Notes: generated by a model not told the origin, from the letters alone. DNA of 64,000 nucleotides from Minisyncoccota bacterium (GCA_028718635.1 JAQULK010000001.1:88626-152625), one strand, 5' to 3'. Positions 1 through 11,195 are shown, counted from the first letter of the stretch. A program made the numbers and translations.

Positions 1-157
1 ACAAAAAAATAACCCCTACTGGGGCTTTTATAATAGAAACAGAAATATTATGGACGTCGTTCGGAAAAATATTTGATTTGCTTTCTAGTTGATACATTAG
101 AGGAGATAGTAGCATTTCTGAGAACATATGCAAGCCTAGCCAAAAGTGGAAAACTTT

Positions 158-979
158 TTAGAAAACTTTGTATTTCCTGATCTCATCTCGGAGTTTTTGC
201 GCTTCAATTTTTGGATTTTTAGAAAACATAATGCCTCGAGAAGAATTTATGATAAGCCCCAAGCCTTTGCTATTTAATCCAGCTTTCAAGGTAGCTTTTA
301 AGTCTCCGCCTTGAGCTCCAATACCAGGTACCAAGAATGTCATATCGCCAGCAATTTCGCGAATCTTTTTCATTTCTTTAGGATAAGTTGCACCAACGAC
401 AAGCATGCAATTTTTGTTTTTATTCCATTCATTTGATACTTTCTCTGCCACAACCTGCCAAAGTGGCCGACCTGCCAGGTTGACCATTTTATCTTTAACT
501 TCTAGGTCTTGAAAATCTCTTGCTCCAGGATTTGAAGTGCGACAAAGTAAAATCACTCCTTTATCTTTTCTATCCAAAATTGGTTTTACGGCTTCATATC
601 CTAAATATGGGTACACAGTAAAAGCATCAAAGCCAAGCCAATCGAAAATAGATTGCACATATCCATTATTTGTATTCCCAATATCCCCTCTTTTGGCATC
701 TAATATCGTAAAAATGTCCGGATGATTTTTAATCAAATAATCCATTGTCATTTTTAATTCTCTTATTCCTTTATCTCCCCGAGCTTCATAAAAGGCGCTA
801 TTGGGCTTATAAGCAGCCGCATATTCGTGCGTTTCTTCTATAATCCATTTATTAAATTCAAATTGCGGGAATTTATTTTTCAAAAATCTTTTTGGAATTT
901 TTGCAAAATCCGTGTCCAACCCGACACACAAAAGTGAATCTATCTTTTTAGCTCTTTTATTGTATTTATCGATAATCAT
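158..979 (-). CDS. pyrF: orotidine-5'-phosphate decarboxylase
   Basis: LCVGLD, DAKRGDIGNT, VVGAT, PGIGAQGG, NSSR motifs; ATG at 979 preferred to the ORF-track start at 997. Confidence 0.95.
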   Translation of the reverse strand: MIIDKYNKRAKKIDSLLCVGLDTDFAKIPKRFLKNKFPQFEFNKWIIEETHEYAAAYKPNSAFYEARGDKGIRELKMTMDYLIKNHPDIFTILDAKRGDIGNTNNGYVQSIFDWLGFDAFTVYPYLGYEAVKPILDRKDKGVILLCRTSNPGARDFQDLEVKDKMVNLAGRPLWQVVAEKVSNEWNKNKNCMLVVGATYPKEMKKIREIAGDMTFLVPGIGAQGGDLKATLKAGLNSKGLGLIINSSRGIMFSKNPKIEAQKLRDEIRKYKVF

Positions 980-1025
980 TATATTGCTTGTTATCACTTT
1001 TACACGGTCGTCAATTTTGATAATA

Positions 1026-1649
1026 TTATTTTTTGGATTCTAAAAATTTCTTACCATGCCCGACTTTTGTATTTATTGGAACTCCGGCCTTGCAAAATGG
1101 GCAATCTTTCTCGTCATAAGTTTTTGCTGGGATTTCGCACAGCCATAAAAAAGGAATGCCTAAGGTTTTACTATTTATTTTTTCTGGAATTCTGTTTGCG
1201 ATAACTCCCATCGCAACAATATTTCCTCCAAAGTTTCGAACAACTTCCAACATTTTATTTACAGAAAAACCAGTAGCGACAGTATCATCAATAATTAAAA
1301 CTTTTTTATTTTTAATTAAATTATCATAACCTCTCTTAAATACCATTGGTCCTTCGTCAGTTTTTTCTGCATATGCGCTCAAAATTTCTTTCCCTTTTAA
1401 ATTAGATAAATGATAAGCAACCAAATGGCCTAAAATTACTCCGCCTGCCACGGGAGCAGCCACTACCTCCACATCCAAATCTTTGCACATTTCGGCTAGT
1501 CTTTTTGTTATCTCAAATGTTTCCTTCGGGTGAGGTAGTAAATTATCTTTATTCACATATATTTCCATATGTCTGCCAGAAGTACCGACAAGATGACTAT
1601 CTGTAATTACGGCTCCGACGCTTTTTAAAATATCAATTGTATCTTGCAT
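1026..1649 (-). CDS. pyrE: orotate phosphoribosyltransferase
   Basis: PRPP motif VLIIDDTVATG, SGRH, C-terminal CPFC; next to pyrF. Confidence 0.85.
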   Translation of the reverse strand: MQDTIDILKSVGAVITDSHLVGTSGRHMEIYVNKDNLLPHPKETFEITKRLAEMCKDLDVEVVAAPVAGGVILGHLVAYHLSNLKGKEILSAYAEKTDEGPMVFKRGYDNLIKNKKVLIIDDTVATGFSVNKMLEVVRNFGGNIVAMGVIANRIPEKINSKTLGIPFLWLCEIPAKTYDEKDCPFCKAGVPINTKVGHGKKFLESKK

Positions 1650-1663
1650 ATTTTTTATTCTAA

Positions 1664-1699
1664 CCCTCCTTCGCTAAAAAAGCTACGGGCGGGCAAGCC
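1664..1699. repeat. family C palindromic element supplying the stop codon of the DHODH gene
   Basis: reverse complement ggcttgcccgcccgtagcttttttagcgaaggaggg matches 28606-28637. Confidence 0.7.
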
Positions 1700-2759
1700 T
1701 TTCTTTTATCTCTTGCGCAAGATATGGGTTCCACATTGCGCCCGTCGCCGACATCACGATATCCGCGCCCGCTTTTTGATATTCAAAAAAATCATCCGGA
1801 GTGGTCACCCCGCCGACGCCGATAATAGTAAATTTATATCTCATCTTTTCTCGCAACTTTTTTAACCTTTTAACCATATCCAACCCAGCCCATTTAATGG
1901 CGTGACCACAAACTCCGCTTCTTAGCCTTCCTTCTCCAGGAAGCGCTTGCTCCCCTTTTTCATTCACAATTTCTGCTGGAATGGTGTTTATGGCAGAAAT
2001 ACCATCCACCATGCCCCCAACCTCCTGCACTAAATTTCTTAAAGCTTCTTCGTCTTCAAAATAAGCAATTTTAATAATTAAAGGAATTTCTGCGATAACT
2101 TCTTTTATAGCCTCGACTACTTTTACGCTTCGCTCTGTATCGTAACAAAGCAAATTGTTCGAGCCTTCATTTGGACAACTTAAATTTACCTCCATCACTT
2201 TCACCCCGACATCTTTAAGAAGTTTAGCTGTGATCCGATAATCATTTATATATTCTTCAGCATTCTGCCCTGCCTTTTTTGTTCCTTGAAAACTGCCCAC
2301 AACAATCTGGCCAGGTTTTATATTATTTAATAAATTTTTCAAATCTTTTTGCCAACATTCTGGATCATATGAAGGTACACCAAAAGAGTTTGTAATAGAG
2401 AGAGGCTCATTATAATTTTTATCTGCCACTAATTTATCTTGTGCTTTTTCTAAAGTTAAATCCCCATCTATTTTTATAGACACAACATTCGGCCAAGAAT
2501 GACAGGGATATTTCTCACTGCGGACCGTTTTATAAGTGACAATGTCAAAACCTTTATCTAAAGCCGCTTGCGCAAACTTTCCATTTAAAAGCGGTCCGGC
2601 AGGAATTCCAAAAGGTGAATTTACTTTAAAACCCAGAAAGTCATATTTGGGCTCGCCTTTATTTTCAACAATTTTTCCATCAGCAAAGGCTCCAAAGGGT
2701 CCTTTTTCATAGTTTTCTTCGTAAGATTTTTCAGGGTCGTAGAATGGGGTAAGAAGCAT
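1683..2759 (-). CDS. pyrD: dihydroorotate dehydrogenase-like FMN enzyme
   Basis: [21 protein letters not shown] motifs; operon with pyrE-pyrF. Confidence 0.8.
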   Translation of the reverse strand: MLLTPFYDPEKSYEENYEKGPFGAFADGKIVENKGEPKYDFLGFKVNSPFGIPAGPLLNGKFAQAALDKGFDIVTYKTVRSEKYPCHSWPNVVSIKIDGDLTLEKAQDKLVADKNYNEPLSITNSFGVPSYDPECWQKDLKNLLNNIKPGQIVVGSFQGTKKAGQNAEEYINDYRITAKLLKDVGVKVMEVNLSCPNEGSNNLLCYDTERSVKVVEAIKEVIAEIPLIIKIAYFEDEEALRNLVQEVGGMVDGISAINTIPAEIVNEKGEQALPGEGRLRSGVCGHAIKWAGLDMVKRLKKLREKMRYKFTIIGVGGVTTPDDFFEYQKAGADIVMSATGAMWNPYLAQEIKERLARP

Positions 2760-2797
2760 ATCTTGATTCTAATATAAAACAAGTGTATTATCAAAGG

Positions 2798-3421
2798 ATG
2801 TTAATCCCTACCGTTATAGAAAAATCACAATTTGGAGAAAGGGCTTATGATATATATTCTCGTCTTTTACGCGAAAGAATTGTTTTTTTGGCAGGGCCAA
2901 TTGATGACAATGTGGCAAATATTGTGATTGCTCAGCTCCTATTTCTCGAATCCGAAGACGCCAAAAAAGATATTTTCCTTTACATAAACTCTCCAGGTGG
3001 ATCAGTCACTTCCACCATGGCTATCGTGGACACGATGAATCATGTACGTCCGGATATTTCCACTTTTTGTGTCGGACTCGCCGCTTCGGGCGCAGCCATA
3101 GTTCTATCAGCGGGGAAAAAAGGCAAGCGTTTTATTTTACCGAATGCCGAAGTCATGATTCATCAGCCGATGGGCGGAGTGGAAGGCCAAGCGACAGACA
3201 TAGCTATCACCGCCAAACACATTTTGAAGACAAGAGACAATCTAAATAAACTTTTGGCAAAAAATACCGGAAAGTCTCTCGCTCAAATAGAAAAAGACGT
3301 GGAACGCGATTTCTTTATGGATGCCGATGAAGCCAAAAAATACGGCATCATTGACGAGATAATCACAAAATCAAAAATTCAAGAGAAAAATCCAGAGAAA
3401 AGTTCAGAGAAAAAATCTTAA
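2798..3421 (+). CDS. clpP: ATP-dependent Clp protease proteolytic subunit
   Basis: [19 protein letters not shown]; start at MLIPTV (ATG 2798). Confidence 0.97.
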   Translation: MLIPTVIEKSQFGERAYDIYSRLLRERIVFLAGPIDDNVANIVIAQLLFLESEDAKKDIFLYINSPGGSVTSTMAIVDTMNHVRPDISTFCVGLAASGAAIVLSAGKKGKRFILPNAEVMIHQPMGGVEGQATDIAITAKHILKTRDNLNKLLAKNTGKSLAQIEKDVERDFFMDADEAKKYGIIDEIITKSKIQEKNPEKSSEKKS

Positions 3422-5307
3422 ATTATTTTGAGCATTCCTCCAATGTTTCCAGCCATAATATATTCGGCAACTTTGTTTTCCACTATCTCCTCCATGGCGC
3501 GCTTGATCGGGCGGGCGCCAAATTCTGGATCAAAACCAGCGCTTGATATTTTCTCTATTAAAGCATCAGTGATTTCTAATCGTATTTTTTTATCTGCAAA
3601 AAGCCTCTCAGAAAATTCATTCAAGAGCAAGGTTGTTATTTTTCTAACTTGGCTCTGATCCAATGGTTTGAAAAGCACTACGTCATTAAATCGATTTAAA
3701 AACTCAGGGGCAAATATCCCTTTTTGAATTAAGCTATTTATTAACGTCTTTTTTTCAATTTGTGGATTAGCGATGATGTCAACACTCCCAGCATTAGAAG
3801 TCGCGATTATTATCGCTTCCTTGAAAGAAGCCTCTCTTCCGGAACTGCGAGTTAAGCGTCCTTCATCCAAAACTTGCAAAAGCAGATTGCGAATCAAGAC
3901 ATTTGATTTCTCCAACTCGTCAAAAAATACCAAGGAAAGCGGAGCTTCTTCTATAGCGCTCGCAAGCCTTTCGGTAAAAGGCGTCACAGAATCAGCTAGA
4001 GAAAATTCACTCATATCAAAACGAATCATGGCATTCTTTCTTCCAAAATAACTTTCGGCTAAAATCTTGGCTGTATAAGTTTTTCCTACGCCAGTCGGAC
4101 CTAAAAACAAAAAACTTCCAGCAGGCTTGGAATGGTCCGCGATACCCGTGCGCAAGCGCTTTAAGGCCTCGGTCACATCTTTCACCGCCTCATCCTGCCC
4201 CACTATCTTCGCTCGCATTTGTGTTTGCAAGTTCGACAATATCTCAATCTCGTTCCCACTCATGTCTCCTATCGGAATATTTGTTTTGTCAGACACTATT
4301 TGTCTTACGTCGGAAATAGCTATCTTTTTAGGAAGTGCTTGAAGCTCCTCCAGAATAGAAAGGGATTTAGTCGGCTCAGCCTGATTGCCGATCAATCGTT
4401 CTGCCAAACGAACTATCTCGAATAATGCGTCTTGTTCTATAGAGATCTTTAATTGCCTCGCGTGACTCATGAGGATGGCGACGGTCTCCTCTTTGTTTGG
4501 TTCTAAAACATCCACTTTTTCAAATCTCGAAAGAAATTCCGGATATTTTTTTAATACCTGATCATAATTTGAGAAATCTGTCGTCGTGATGATTCCCAAA
4601 GATGAAGATTGCAAATAAGGCATCAACCGTTCAAATAAATTTTCATAGGCGTGAATATTCTCAATAACGATTATGACATTGCCCGCTCTCGCCGCTTCTT
4701 CTAAACATTTATCAAAATCTTGCAAACTAATTCCTTCCGCTTGCAATTCCACTACTCGGTGATGAAGAATACCAGGAAAAGAAAGTCCTGATTTTCCTAA
4801 ATGCCCTAAATATGAAATCAAGGTAGACTTGCCTACCCCGGGATCTCCCACCAACAGAACATTGTGGCTATTGCTTTTAGAAAGTCCGCGTTCAACCATT
4901 CGAAGTGTTTTTTCTCTGCCATAAATACCTTGAGAAGGAGACACCGCTACATCTCGGCTGTGCTTGCTGAGAGTATAAGTCTCTCCATAAGAAAGCGAGG
5001 AACCAAAACTGTCTAAATTTTGCAAATATTCTTTGCTAATTTTTATTGGTAAAAGAAAAAAAATAGGAAAGGTTAAAATTACAACAAAAGTAAAAATTAA
5101 TCCGATAATTATTAAAATTACCCGAGCTACAAAACCTAAAATTCTAGAAAAAATATAAAAAACAAATTTCTCAAGTATTCCTGCATGGTCGCCCGCATCT
5201 TTATCCATTTTCCATGGAGAAAAGAGTGTGTTAAAAAGAAGCGGAATCGAAAAAGCATTAAAAGCATATATCACAAGATTTTTCCAAGACTGGATTCCAG
5301 ATTGCAT
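3418..5307 (-). CDS. Clp/Hsp100 AAA+ ATPase with N-terminal membrane segments
   Basis: two Walker A ([16 protein letters not shown]), [22 protein letters not shown]; hydrophobic N-terminus. Confidence 0.9.
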   Translation of the reverse strand: MQSGIQSWKNLVIYAFNAFSIPLLFNTLFSPWKMDKDAGDHAGILEKFVFYIFSRILGFVARVILIIIGLIFTFVVILTFPIFFLLPIKISKEYLQNLDSFGSSLSYGETYTLSKHSRDVAVSPSQGIYGREKTLRMVERGLSKSNSHNVLLVGDPGVGKSTLISYLGHLGKSGLSFPGILHHRVVELQAEGISLQDFDKCLEEAARAGNVIIVIENIHAYENLFERLMPYLQSSSLGIITTTDFSNYDQVLKKYPEFLSRFEKVDVLEPNKEETVAILMSHARQLKISIEQDALFEIVRLAERLIGNQAEPTKSLSILEELQALPKKIAISDVRQIVSDKTNIPIGDMSGNEIEILSNLQTQMRAKIVGQDEAVKDVTEALKRLRTGIADHSKPAGSFLFLGPTGVGKTYTAKILAESYFGRKNAMIRFDMSEFSLADSVTPFTERLASAIEEAPLSLVFFDELEKSNVLIRNLLLQVLDEGRLTRSSGREASFKEAIIIATSNAGSVDIIANPQIEKKTLINSLIQKGIFAPEFLNRFNDVVLFKPLDQSQVRKITTLLLNEFSERLFADKKIRLEITDALIEKISSAGFDPEFGARPIKRAMEEIVENKVAEYIMAGNIGGMLKII

Positions 5308-5330
5308 CCTAACATTCTAACACAAATGGA

Positions 5331-5379
5331 TCACGTTAGAGATAGAGGGTCGCTGCGATCCCTCGCGATCTCTAACGTG
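5331..5379. repeat. family A element (reverse orientation, compensatory TIR change)
   Basis: tcAcgttagagat...atctctaacgTg; core is the reverse complement of the 14448/62845 core; flanked by ATGGA...ATGGA. Confidence 0.85.
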
Positions 5380-5380
5380 A

Positions 5381-5409
5381 TGGACAAAATATGGACAGTC
5401 TGTTATACT
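5381..5409 (+). promoter_or_regulatory. sigma70-type promoter for rny
   Basis: TGGACA-17-TATACT with extended TG. Confidence 0.6.
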
Positions 5410-5612
5410 TAATGTGTTGAATTTTAAAAATTTATTTTGTTTAATTTATAGTTGGTTCACAAGAATATCCATATATTATGAAGTTTTTAAAGAAAAAATT
5501 CCCACGCTCAAGCGGGGCAAGGCAGATTCTTATTAAGGTTTTTTCCAGTTTTCCAGCAAGAAACTAAAACCAAAAATATAATGGTTTTTTCTTGTAAGCT
5601 CGCTCAAAGCTT

Positions 5613-7142
5613 ATGAGTACAACAATAATAATTCTAATAGGAGCCCTGATACTCCTGTTGGGTGTGGGCGTGGGATACTATCTTCGTCTAATCATCGCCT
5701 TAGGAAAAAGAAGGTCTATTGAAATAGATATAAAACAGATGATGGTCGGCGCAAAAGAAGAAGCGCAGAAAATCACCGAAGAAGCAAAAAAGAAGTCTGA
5801 GGAACAACTGGCATATCTGAAAGAAGAAGAAAAAAAGAAAGAAATTGAATTTAAAGAGACAGAAAAAAGACTCATCAAAAAAGACGAGTTTTTGGATGCG
5901 CGACAAGTCGAGGTAAATAAAGAAGTGGAAAATATCAAAGTGAAGGTGGAAGAAATAAAAAAAATTCAAGAAAAAGTATTGAAAATAGAAGCAGAAAAAA
6001 TAGTAGAACTGGAAAGAGTGGCAAAATTAACCGAAATTGAGGCTAAAGATGAACTTTTAAAAGATGTTGAAAAAAAATATGAAGAAGATATTTTAGTTAG
6101 AATCCAAAAACTAGAGAATAGTAATGAGGAAAAGTTGGACCGAAGAGCCAAAGACATCTTGGCAACTTCTATCCAGCGCCTGTCTTCTAGTACTGCCTCT
6201 GAATTGATGACAACCGTAGTTACCATTCCAAACAACGAAATCAAGGGTAAAATAATCGGAAAAGAGGGTAGGAATATACGGGCATTTGAAAGAGCCTCCG
6301 GAGTTGAGCTTATTGTAGACGATACGCCTGGCTCAATAGTCATTTCTTCATTTGATCCAATCAGAAGACAAGTCGCCCGACTTGCTTTAGAAAATCTGAT
6401 ACTAGATGGACGCATTCAACCGGCTAAAATCGAAGAATTGGTAGAAAAGGCAAAAGAAGAAATAAATAAAATCATAAAAGAAAAAGGAGAACAGGCGGTT
6501 TATGAATGCGGTATATTTAATTTTGATCCACGCATCATCGCAATTATTGGCCGACTATATTTCCGTACAAGTTACGGACAAAACGTTCTTCAGCACTCTA
6601 TCGAAATGGCACATATCGCTGGAATGCTCGCAGAAGAATTGGGAGCAGATGTAGCCATCGCCAAAGCCGGAGCCTTGGTGCACGACATCGGTAAAGCCTT
6701 GGATCACGAAGTACAAGGAACGCATGTCGAAATAGGTATGCGTATTTTGCAAAAATTCGGAGCAGATGAACGCATTATTACTGCGATGAAAAGTCATCAC
6801 GAAGATTATCCTTATGAAACTATTGAATCCATCATTGTGCAAACAGCAGACTCTATCTCTGGCGGACGTCCCGGCGCGCGCCGTGATTCAGTGGAAAATT
6901 ATCTAAAGAGACTTCAAGAACTAGAAGCATTAGTAAATGCTTTTCCAGCGGTTGAAAAATCATATGCTTTGCAAGCTGGACGAGAAATCCGCATCTTTGT
7001 AACACCGGAAAAGATTTCTGATGCTGAAGCAAAACTTATGGCACGAGATATTGCTATAAAAATAGAACAAGAACTCAAATATCCGGGAGAAATCAAAGTC
7101 ACAATGATTCGCGAAACACGAATTATTGAGTACGCTCGCTAA
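5613..7142 (+). CDS. rny: ribonuclease Y
   Basis: N-terminal TM helix, coiled coil, KH (IIGKEGRNIR), HD (VHDIGK), SGGRPGARR. Confidence 0.97.
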   Translation: MSTTIIILIGALILLLGVGVGYYLRLIIALGKRRSIEIDIKQMMVGAKEEAQKITEEAKKKSEEQLAYLKEEEKKKEIEFKETEKRLIKKDEFLDARQVEVNKEVENIKVKVEEIKKIQEKVLKIEAEKIVELERVAKLTEIEAKDELLKDVEKKYEEDILVRIQKLENSNEEKLDRRAKDILATSIQRLSSSTASELMTTVVTIPNNEIKGKIIGKEGRNIRAFERASGVELIVDDTPGSIVISSFDPIRRQVARLALENLILDGRIQPAKIEELVEKAKEEINKIIKEKGEQAVYECGIFNFDPRIIAIIGRLYFRTSYGQNVLQHSIEMAHIAGMLAEELGADVAIAKAGALVHDIGKALDHEVQGTHVEIGMRILQKFGADERIITAMKSHHEDYPYETIESIIVQTADSISGGRPGARRDSVENYLKRLQELEALVNAFPAVEKSYALQAGREIRIFVTPEKISDAEAKLMARDIAIKIEQELKYPGEIKVTMIRETRIIEYAR

Positions 7143-7258
7143 AAATTCTTAGAAATATAACTTTTGAAGGGGTTTCGAGCGCGACGGCGCGAGAACTTCA
7201 GGATTTTTTTCACCAGAAAAAAATCCGTACCGAAAAAAGTTTATATTTTAAGAATTTT
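7142..7258. repeat. family D long hairpin element
   Basis: AT-rich inverted arms around core aggggtttcgagcgcgacggcgcgagaacttcagga shared with 18390-18511. Confidence 0.85.
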
Positions 7259-7387
7259 GTGAAACAACATAAATACTTGCCTAAAAAAACCCTTGATATA
7301 TAATGTAGGGGTATTAAAAATATAGGTTAAATGGCCCTCCAAAGGCGGGCAAGGTCGAAATATTACAAATATCATCTTAAAAAATAT

Positions 7388-7660
7388 ATGAATAAACAAG
7401 CATTAGCTGAATTAGTACATGGAAAGCTTGGCGGTACAAAAGTACAAGCTGAGGAAATAGTTGATTCAATATTTGATGCTATCATCGGAACCTTAAAAAA
7501 GGGAGGTGAAGTTTCAATTGCTGGCTTTGGAATCTTTTCCGTAAAGTCACGCGCAGCCCGCATGGCTCGCAATCCAAAAACTGGAGAGCAAGTAAAAGTG
7601 GCTGCAAAGAAAGTTCCAAAATTCCGACCCGCAAAAGGTTTGAAAGATACTATTGCCTAA
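7388..7660 (+). CDS. hup: HU family DNA-binding protein
   Basis: MNKQAL, GFGIF, ARNPKTGE, PKFRPAK; start ATG 7388. Confidence 0.95.
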   Translation: MNKQALAELVHGKLGGTKVQAEEIVDSIFDAIIGTLKKGGEVSIAGFGIFSVKSRAARMARNPKTGEQVKVAAKKVPKFRPAKGLKDTIA

Positions 7661-7703
7661 ATTCCTGCCCGCCTCCGGCGGGTTCTCTCGAGAGAACTGG
7701 AAA

Positions 7704-7730
7704 CAAAAAACACCCAATGGGTGTTTTTTG
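7704..7730. terminator. bidirectional intrinsic terminator
   Basis: caaaaaacaccca-a-tgggtgttttttg between convergent genes. Confidence 0.75.
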
Positions 7731-7742
7731 TTTTAGTAATAA

Positions 7743-7943
7743 CTATTTTGTATACGGAGACGGAACTGAATCATCATTTTCATCTCTATCTCCAAAACCT
7801 ACTTTACCCACGCCGTCTTTTTCAGCCTCAGCAAAAGCCTTCATTAAACCTTCCATGTCGTTAGCTTCTCCATTTTTCATCGCCCTGCAAACAGCACAAT
7901 CATCACAATCCTCCCAATCATCTTTTTTGTTATTGTTTTTCAT
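7743..7943 (-). CDS. small acidic CxxCxxC protein
   Basis: MKNNNKKDDWEDCDDCAVCRAM; likely ATG 7943. Confidence 0.6.
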   Translation of the reverse strand: MKNNNKKDDWEDCDDCAVCRAMKNGEANDMEGLMKAFAEAEKDGVGKVGFGDRDENDDSVPSPYTK

Positions 7944-7956
7944 ATAATTACTAATA

Positions 7957-8748
7957 TTATAAATTTTTAGTTTCCTTAACTTTGACTTCAGCAACCTCTT
8001 TAATTTTTTTAATAATTTTTTCTCTATAATTTTTTCCTACAAGATCAAAAACAGCGAGTAAATCTTTATATGTGTTTTTTCCACCAAGAAAATCCCAATA
8101 TTCTTCTCCTATAAGAAAATCATTTTGATAATCCATCATATTTTGAACTGTAAAACGTGTATAGGGTTCTGGAGCATACGGATTATAAGGAAAAGCTAAA
8201 AATACTTTTACCGGTTTTCTTTTTCTGGCTATCCATTCCAACAATTTTGTCTTTGACTTCGTAAAAACATCAATATTAGGCTTCACTGTCTTTATTTCAA
8301 AATAAAACTCTTGTCCACTTCTTAACATATAAAAATCAACTATATTCCCCTCTTTTTGGTATTTACCATTATTAGAAGAAGCTTTTAACACTTCCCTTAT
8401 TTCTTGCTTAATATTAGCCTTTCTCTCTTTATTCCTAAGCTCTGTAATAATAGTTGAAATAATAGATTTTTGATCTTTTGAAAGTACTCCTCCCATACCA
8501 TAATTTCTAAAGCATTCCTTGGCTGTATTTTTTGCAATAATCACTGAAACATCTTCATATATAGACATACCTAGAGTCGTGGCTATTGAATGTACGAAGG
8601 AATAAGCAGCAACTTTTTCACTATCTTGAATTAGGCGGGATAAAAATGGCATAGATGTACTTTCTCTAGCGTATTTCTTTAATTTATTATCTATCTTTTT
8701 TTCTAATAAATGTTGTATTTCTTGTTTTTGTTCTTTAGATAAAGCCAT
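7957..8748 (-). CDS. type II restriction endonuclease, TdeIII/MjaII-like
   Basis: PD-(D/E)XK-like D...FEIKTVKPN, FPYNPY, EYWDFLGG; directly follows the methyltransferase; start MALSKE at 8748. Confidence 0.8.
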   Translation of the reverse strand: MALSKEQKQEIQHLLEKKIDNKLKKYARESTSMPFLSRLIQDSEKVAAYSFVHSIATTLGMSIYEDVSVIIAKNTAKECFRNYGMGGVLSKDQKSIISTIITELRNKERKANIKQEIREVLKASSNNGKYQKEGNIVDFYMLRSGQEFYFEIKTVKPNIDVFTKSKTKLLEWIARKRKPVKVFLAFPYNPYAPEPYTRFTVQNMMDYQNDFLIGEEYWDFLGGKNTYKDLLAVFDLVGKNYREKIIKKIKEVAEVKVKETKNL

Positions 8749-8752
8749 AAAT

Positions 8753-10327
8753 TTAAATTGATTTAAAATGAAAAATAATTTCTGAATACGGATTTCGATC
8801 ACGTTCCGTACGGTTTAATACTGGTCTCTTAAATTGATTTACTATCTTCATACCTGATTTTTTGGCAATTTCTGGATAAAGATTATATTTATCATTTGCT
8901 ACAAGAAAAATATCAAAATTATCTTTAAGATATTTTTTACAATTATTTAACACAGCTGAAATTCCTTCTACGTAAGATTTGCGGGCTTCTATCCCTTGCC
9001 CCTTAAAAAGCGGACCTATTTCTAAATTATCTTTACGTTTAAATCCAAGTAAATCATATGCGTAAGCATGTTGTTCGTGGTAATCAATTTGACCAACGTA
9101 AGGTGGTGAGCAAAATATTCCTGCTATTTTTTGCTTTTTTAGAATTTTTGAAAATTCTGGATTATTTTTTTCTACTTTTTCAAAAATATTTACTGTTCTT
9201 GAGTCGTTAGCTAATACAGAATAGTGAACTGGTTTACGTAATTTATTGAATTCCTTAATTCTATTTAAGGTATCAAGGGCATAACGATTAAGCATACTTG
9301 CTATTGAAAAAATAGGTTTACAAATTTTTTTATGCTTATAGCAATAATAAGTTGTAAGTTGTGGTTCTTTAAGAGTTGCTAAATCACTATGAGTAGTTGC
9401 ACGGCATGACCTAATTGTTCTACTTAAAATAAGTGCAAGAATTTTTCTAGTTTTAATATCTTTCTCTTTTTTTATTGTTTCAAAAACATGATCAATCTCA
9501 CGACGTACATTTTCTACAAACCACATATCAAGAAAAGAAGATTTTTTATCTTGTTTTATTTTTATTGAATACTTTTTAAGTAATTTTTGATAAATAGGTA
9601 AAAATTCTTTTTCTTTTTCAATAGCAAATTTACTTTCATTAAAGTTTCCTTGATTAACTTTATATTTAAAATCATATCCAGGGAAATTTATTAGATTAAA
9701 TTTAGCAAGTTCAACCAGAAGTTCTTTTTCAAAGTTCTGAACTTTATTATCATGCTCAAAAGAATCAAGAGAAGAAATTAATTTCTTTATAACCTTTGAT
9801 AAATATTCATAGTCATAATTGGTTGCTTTACAACTTGAAATCATACAATTAAACTCTGAAACATCTATCCCGATGGAATGAATACCCATCTCTAATGATT
9901 GAATAATTGTTGTCCCAGAACCCAAAAATGGATCAAGAATAATATCATTAGGCTTGAAATATATTTCTTTTTTAAAATCATCAATATGAGAATCTAAAAA
10001 ATATTCAACTAGTTGAGGAATGTATTTACCTTTATAGGGGTGTAATCGATGAACATGCTTTGTCGTATCTTTCTCACGCAAATTATCAAAAGAAAGTGTC
10101 CAATTTAAATCATTACCTAGATTTTTTTTCCAACTTTCTTCACGTTTGCCATTATATGAGTCATAATATTTTTTCAAATCGTTCAAATCAAGCATAGTTG
10201 ATCCATTCTCTCCATATTTTTTTACTTTTCCATATTGAACAAGATAAGAAATATTTGTTGGTTTAATTTCTTTTTCAAGAAAATCGGATGCCCATTTTGA
10301 TGCTTCTGGTATAGATACTAATGACAT
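8753..10327 (-). CDS. amino (probably N4-cytosine) DNA methyltransferase
   Basis: HPYKGK, motif I DPFLGSGTT before motif IV SPPY; N-terminal HTH-like segment. Confidence 0.9.
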   Translation of the reverse strand: MSLVSIPEASKWASDFLEKEIKPTNISYLVQYGKVKKYGENGSTMLDLNDLKKYYDSYNGKREESWKKNLGNDLNWTLSFDNLREKDTTKHVHRLHPYKGKYIPQLVEYFLDSHIDDFKKEIYFKPNDIILDPFLGSGTTIIQSLEMGIHSIGIDVSEFNCMISSCKATNYDYEYLSKVIKKLISSLDSFEHDNKVQNFEKELLVELAKFNLINFPGYDFKYKVNQGNFNESKFAIEKEKEFLPIYQKLLKKYSIKIKQDKKSSFLDMWFVENVRREIDHVFETIKKEKDIKTRKILALILSRTIRSCRATTHSDLATLKEPQLTTYYCYKHKKICKPIFSIASMLNRYALDTLNRIKEFNKLRKPVHYSVLANDSRTVNIFEKVEKNNPEFSKILKKQKIAGIFCSPPYVGQIDYHEQHAYAYDLLGFKRKDNLEIGPLFKGQGIEARKSYVEGISAVLNNCKKYLKDNFDIFLVANDKYNLYPEIAKKSGMKIVNQFKRPVLNRTERDRNPYSEIIFHFKSI

Positions 10328-10365
10328 GTATTTATTGTAACAAAAAATTTCATAAAAATCCTTTT

Positions 10366-10944
10366 TTAATACTTCCTTATTACCGCTTTCACTACCGCAT
10401 TAATGTTTAGTGAATGTTTCGGATAAATCGGTTTGTAATTTTTATTGGCTGGTTTGAGCCAGACTTTGGCGCCAGCTTTGCGAAAATATTTCATAGTAAA
10501 CTCTCCATCCACTTCAGCAATTATTATTTGTCCATCACGAGCCGTATTTGCTTTCTCCACGAGCACCATATCCCCCGGCTCTATGTGCGCATCGATCATC
10601 GAGTCCCCATCCACTTCGAGCATGTACGTTAGTGGTTTATTTTTTATTAAAAAGTCATCCAAGTTTACTTTATCAGCCAACTCTTCCTCTACCGTCGCCG
10701 GAAATCCAGCAGTGACAAAGCCAAGCATCGGTACACTAGAGATATCCTCTGTGAAAGTTTCAGAAGGGATCAATCTGCCTAAATGATCTTTCGCGACTAC
10801 TCCTGTGTTAATCAACTTTTCCACTACGCGAAACACTGCGTTCTTCGATTTAAAACCGAATAACTTCATCATTTCTGAATACGAAGGCATCCTTTTATTA
10901 TCTTTATAAAAAGATTCAATCTTTTCCTGATACGAATTACGCAT
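10366..10944 (-). CDS. lexA: LexA family repressor (S24 peptidase)
   Basis: N-terminal HTH (PSYSEM), A-G cleavage site (VTAGFP), GDSM Ser and TMK Lys. Confidence 0.9.
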   Translation of the reverse strand: MRNSYQEKIESFYKDNKRMPSYSEMMKLFGFKSKNAVFRVVEKLINTGVVAKDHLGRLIPSETFTEDISSVPMLGFVTAGFPATVEEELADKVNLDDFLIKNKPLTYMLEVDGDSMIDAHIEPGDMVLVEKANTARDGQIIIAEVDGEFTMKYFRKAGAKVWLKPANKNYKPIYPKHSLNINAVVKAVIRKY

Positions 10945-11143
10945 AGATGTTGGTTCTAAAAAATAGAGTAACCAATTTGTTCGTCAAACTTACTCGGGAA
11001 TTATAGCGAACTTTTTTCAAAAGTAATTTATGATTTCTCGCTTCCTTTTTATAATCTTGCCCTTGGAGAATTTTCAAATCAATTTTTTTGTTGATCTTTT
11101 GTATTTCCCTCTCTAACATTTTTAAATATTGTGTTTGTGACAT
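10937..11143 (-). CDS. hypothetical basic protein overlapping the lexA start
   Basis: 68-aa ORF downstream of a promoter, overlapping lexA. Confidence 0.65.
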   Translation of the reverse strand: MSQTQYLKMLEREIQKINKKIDLKILQGQDYKKEARNHKLLLKKVRYNSRVSLTNKLVTLFFRTNIYA

Positions 11144-11195
11144 AAAATTTATTTTTTATTTTCTACTAAATTTGCCCCGACTTGGCCATGTAAAT

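Noticed and set aside
5185-5412. ORFs 5185-5412 and 62801-63004 as genes
   Set aside because: Their shared peptide comes from the family A repeat and they overlap promoters; no independent coding evidence.
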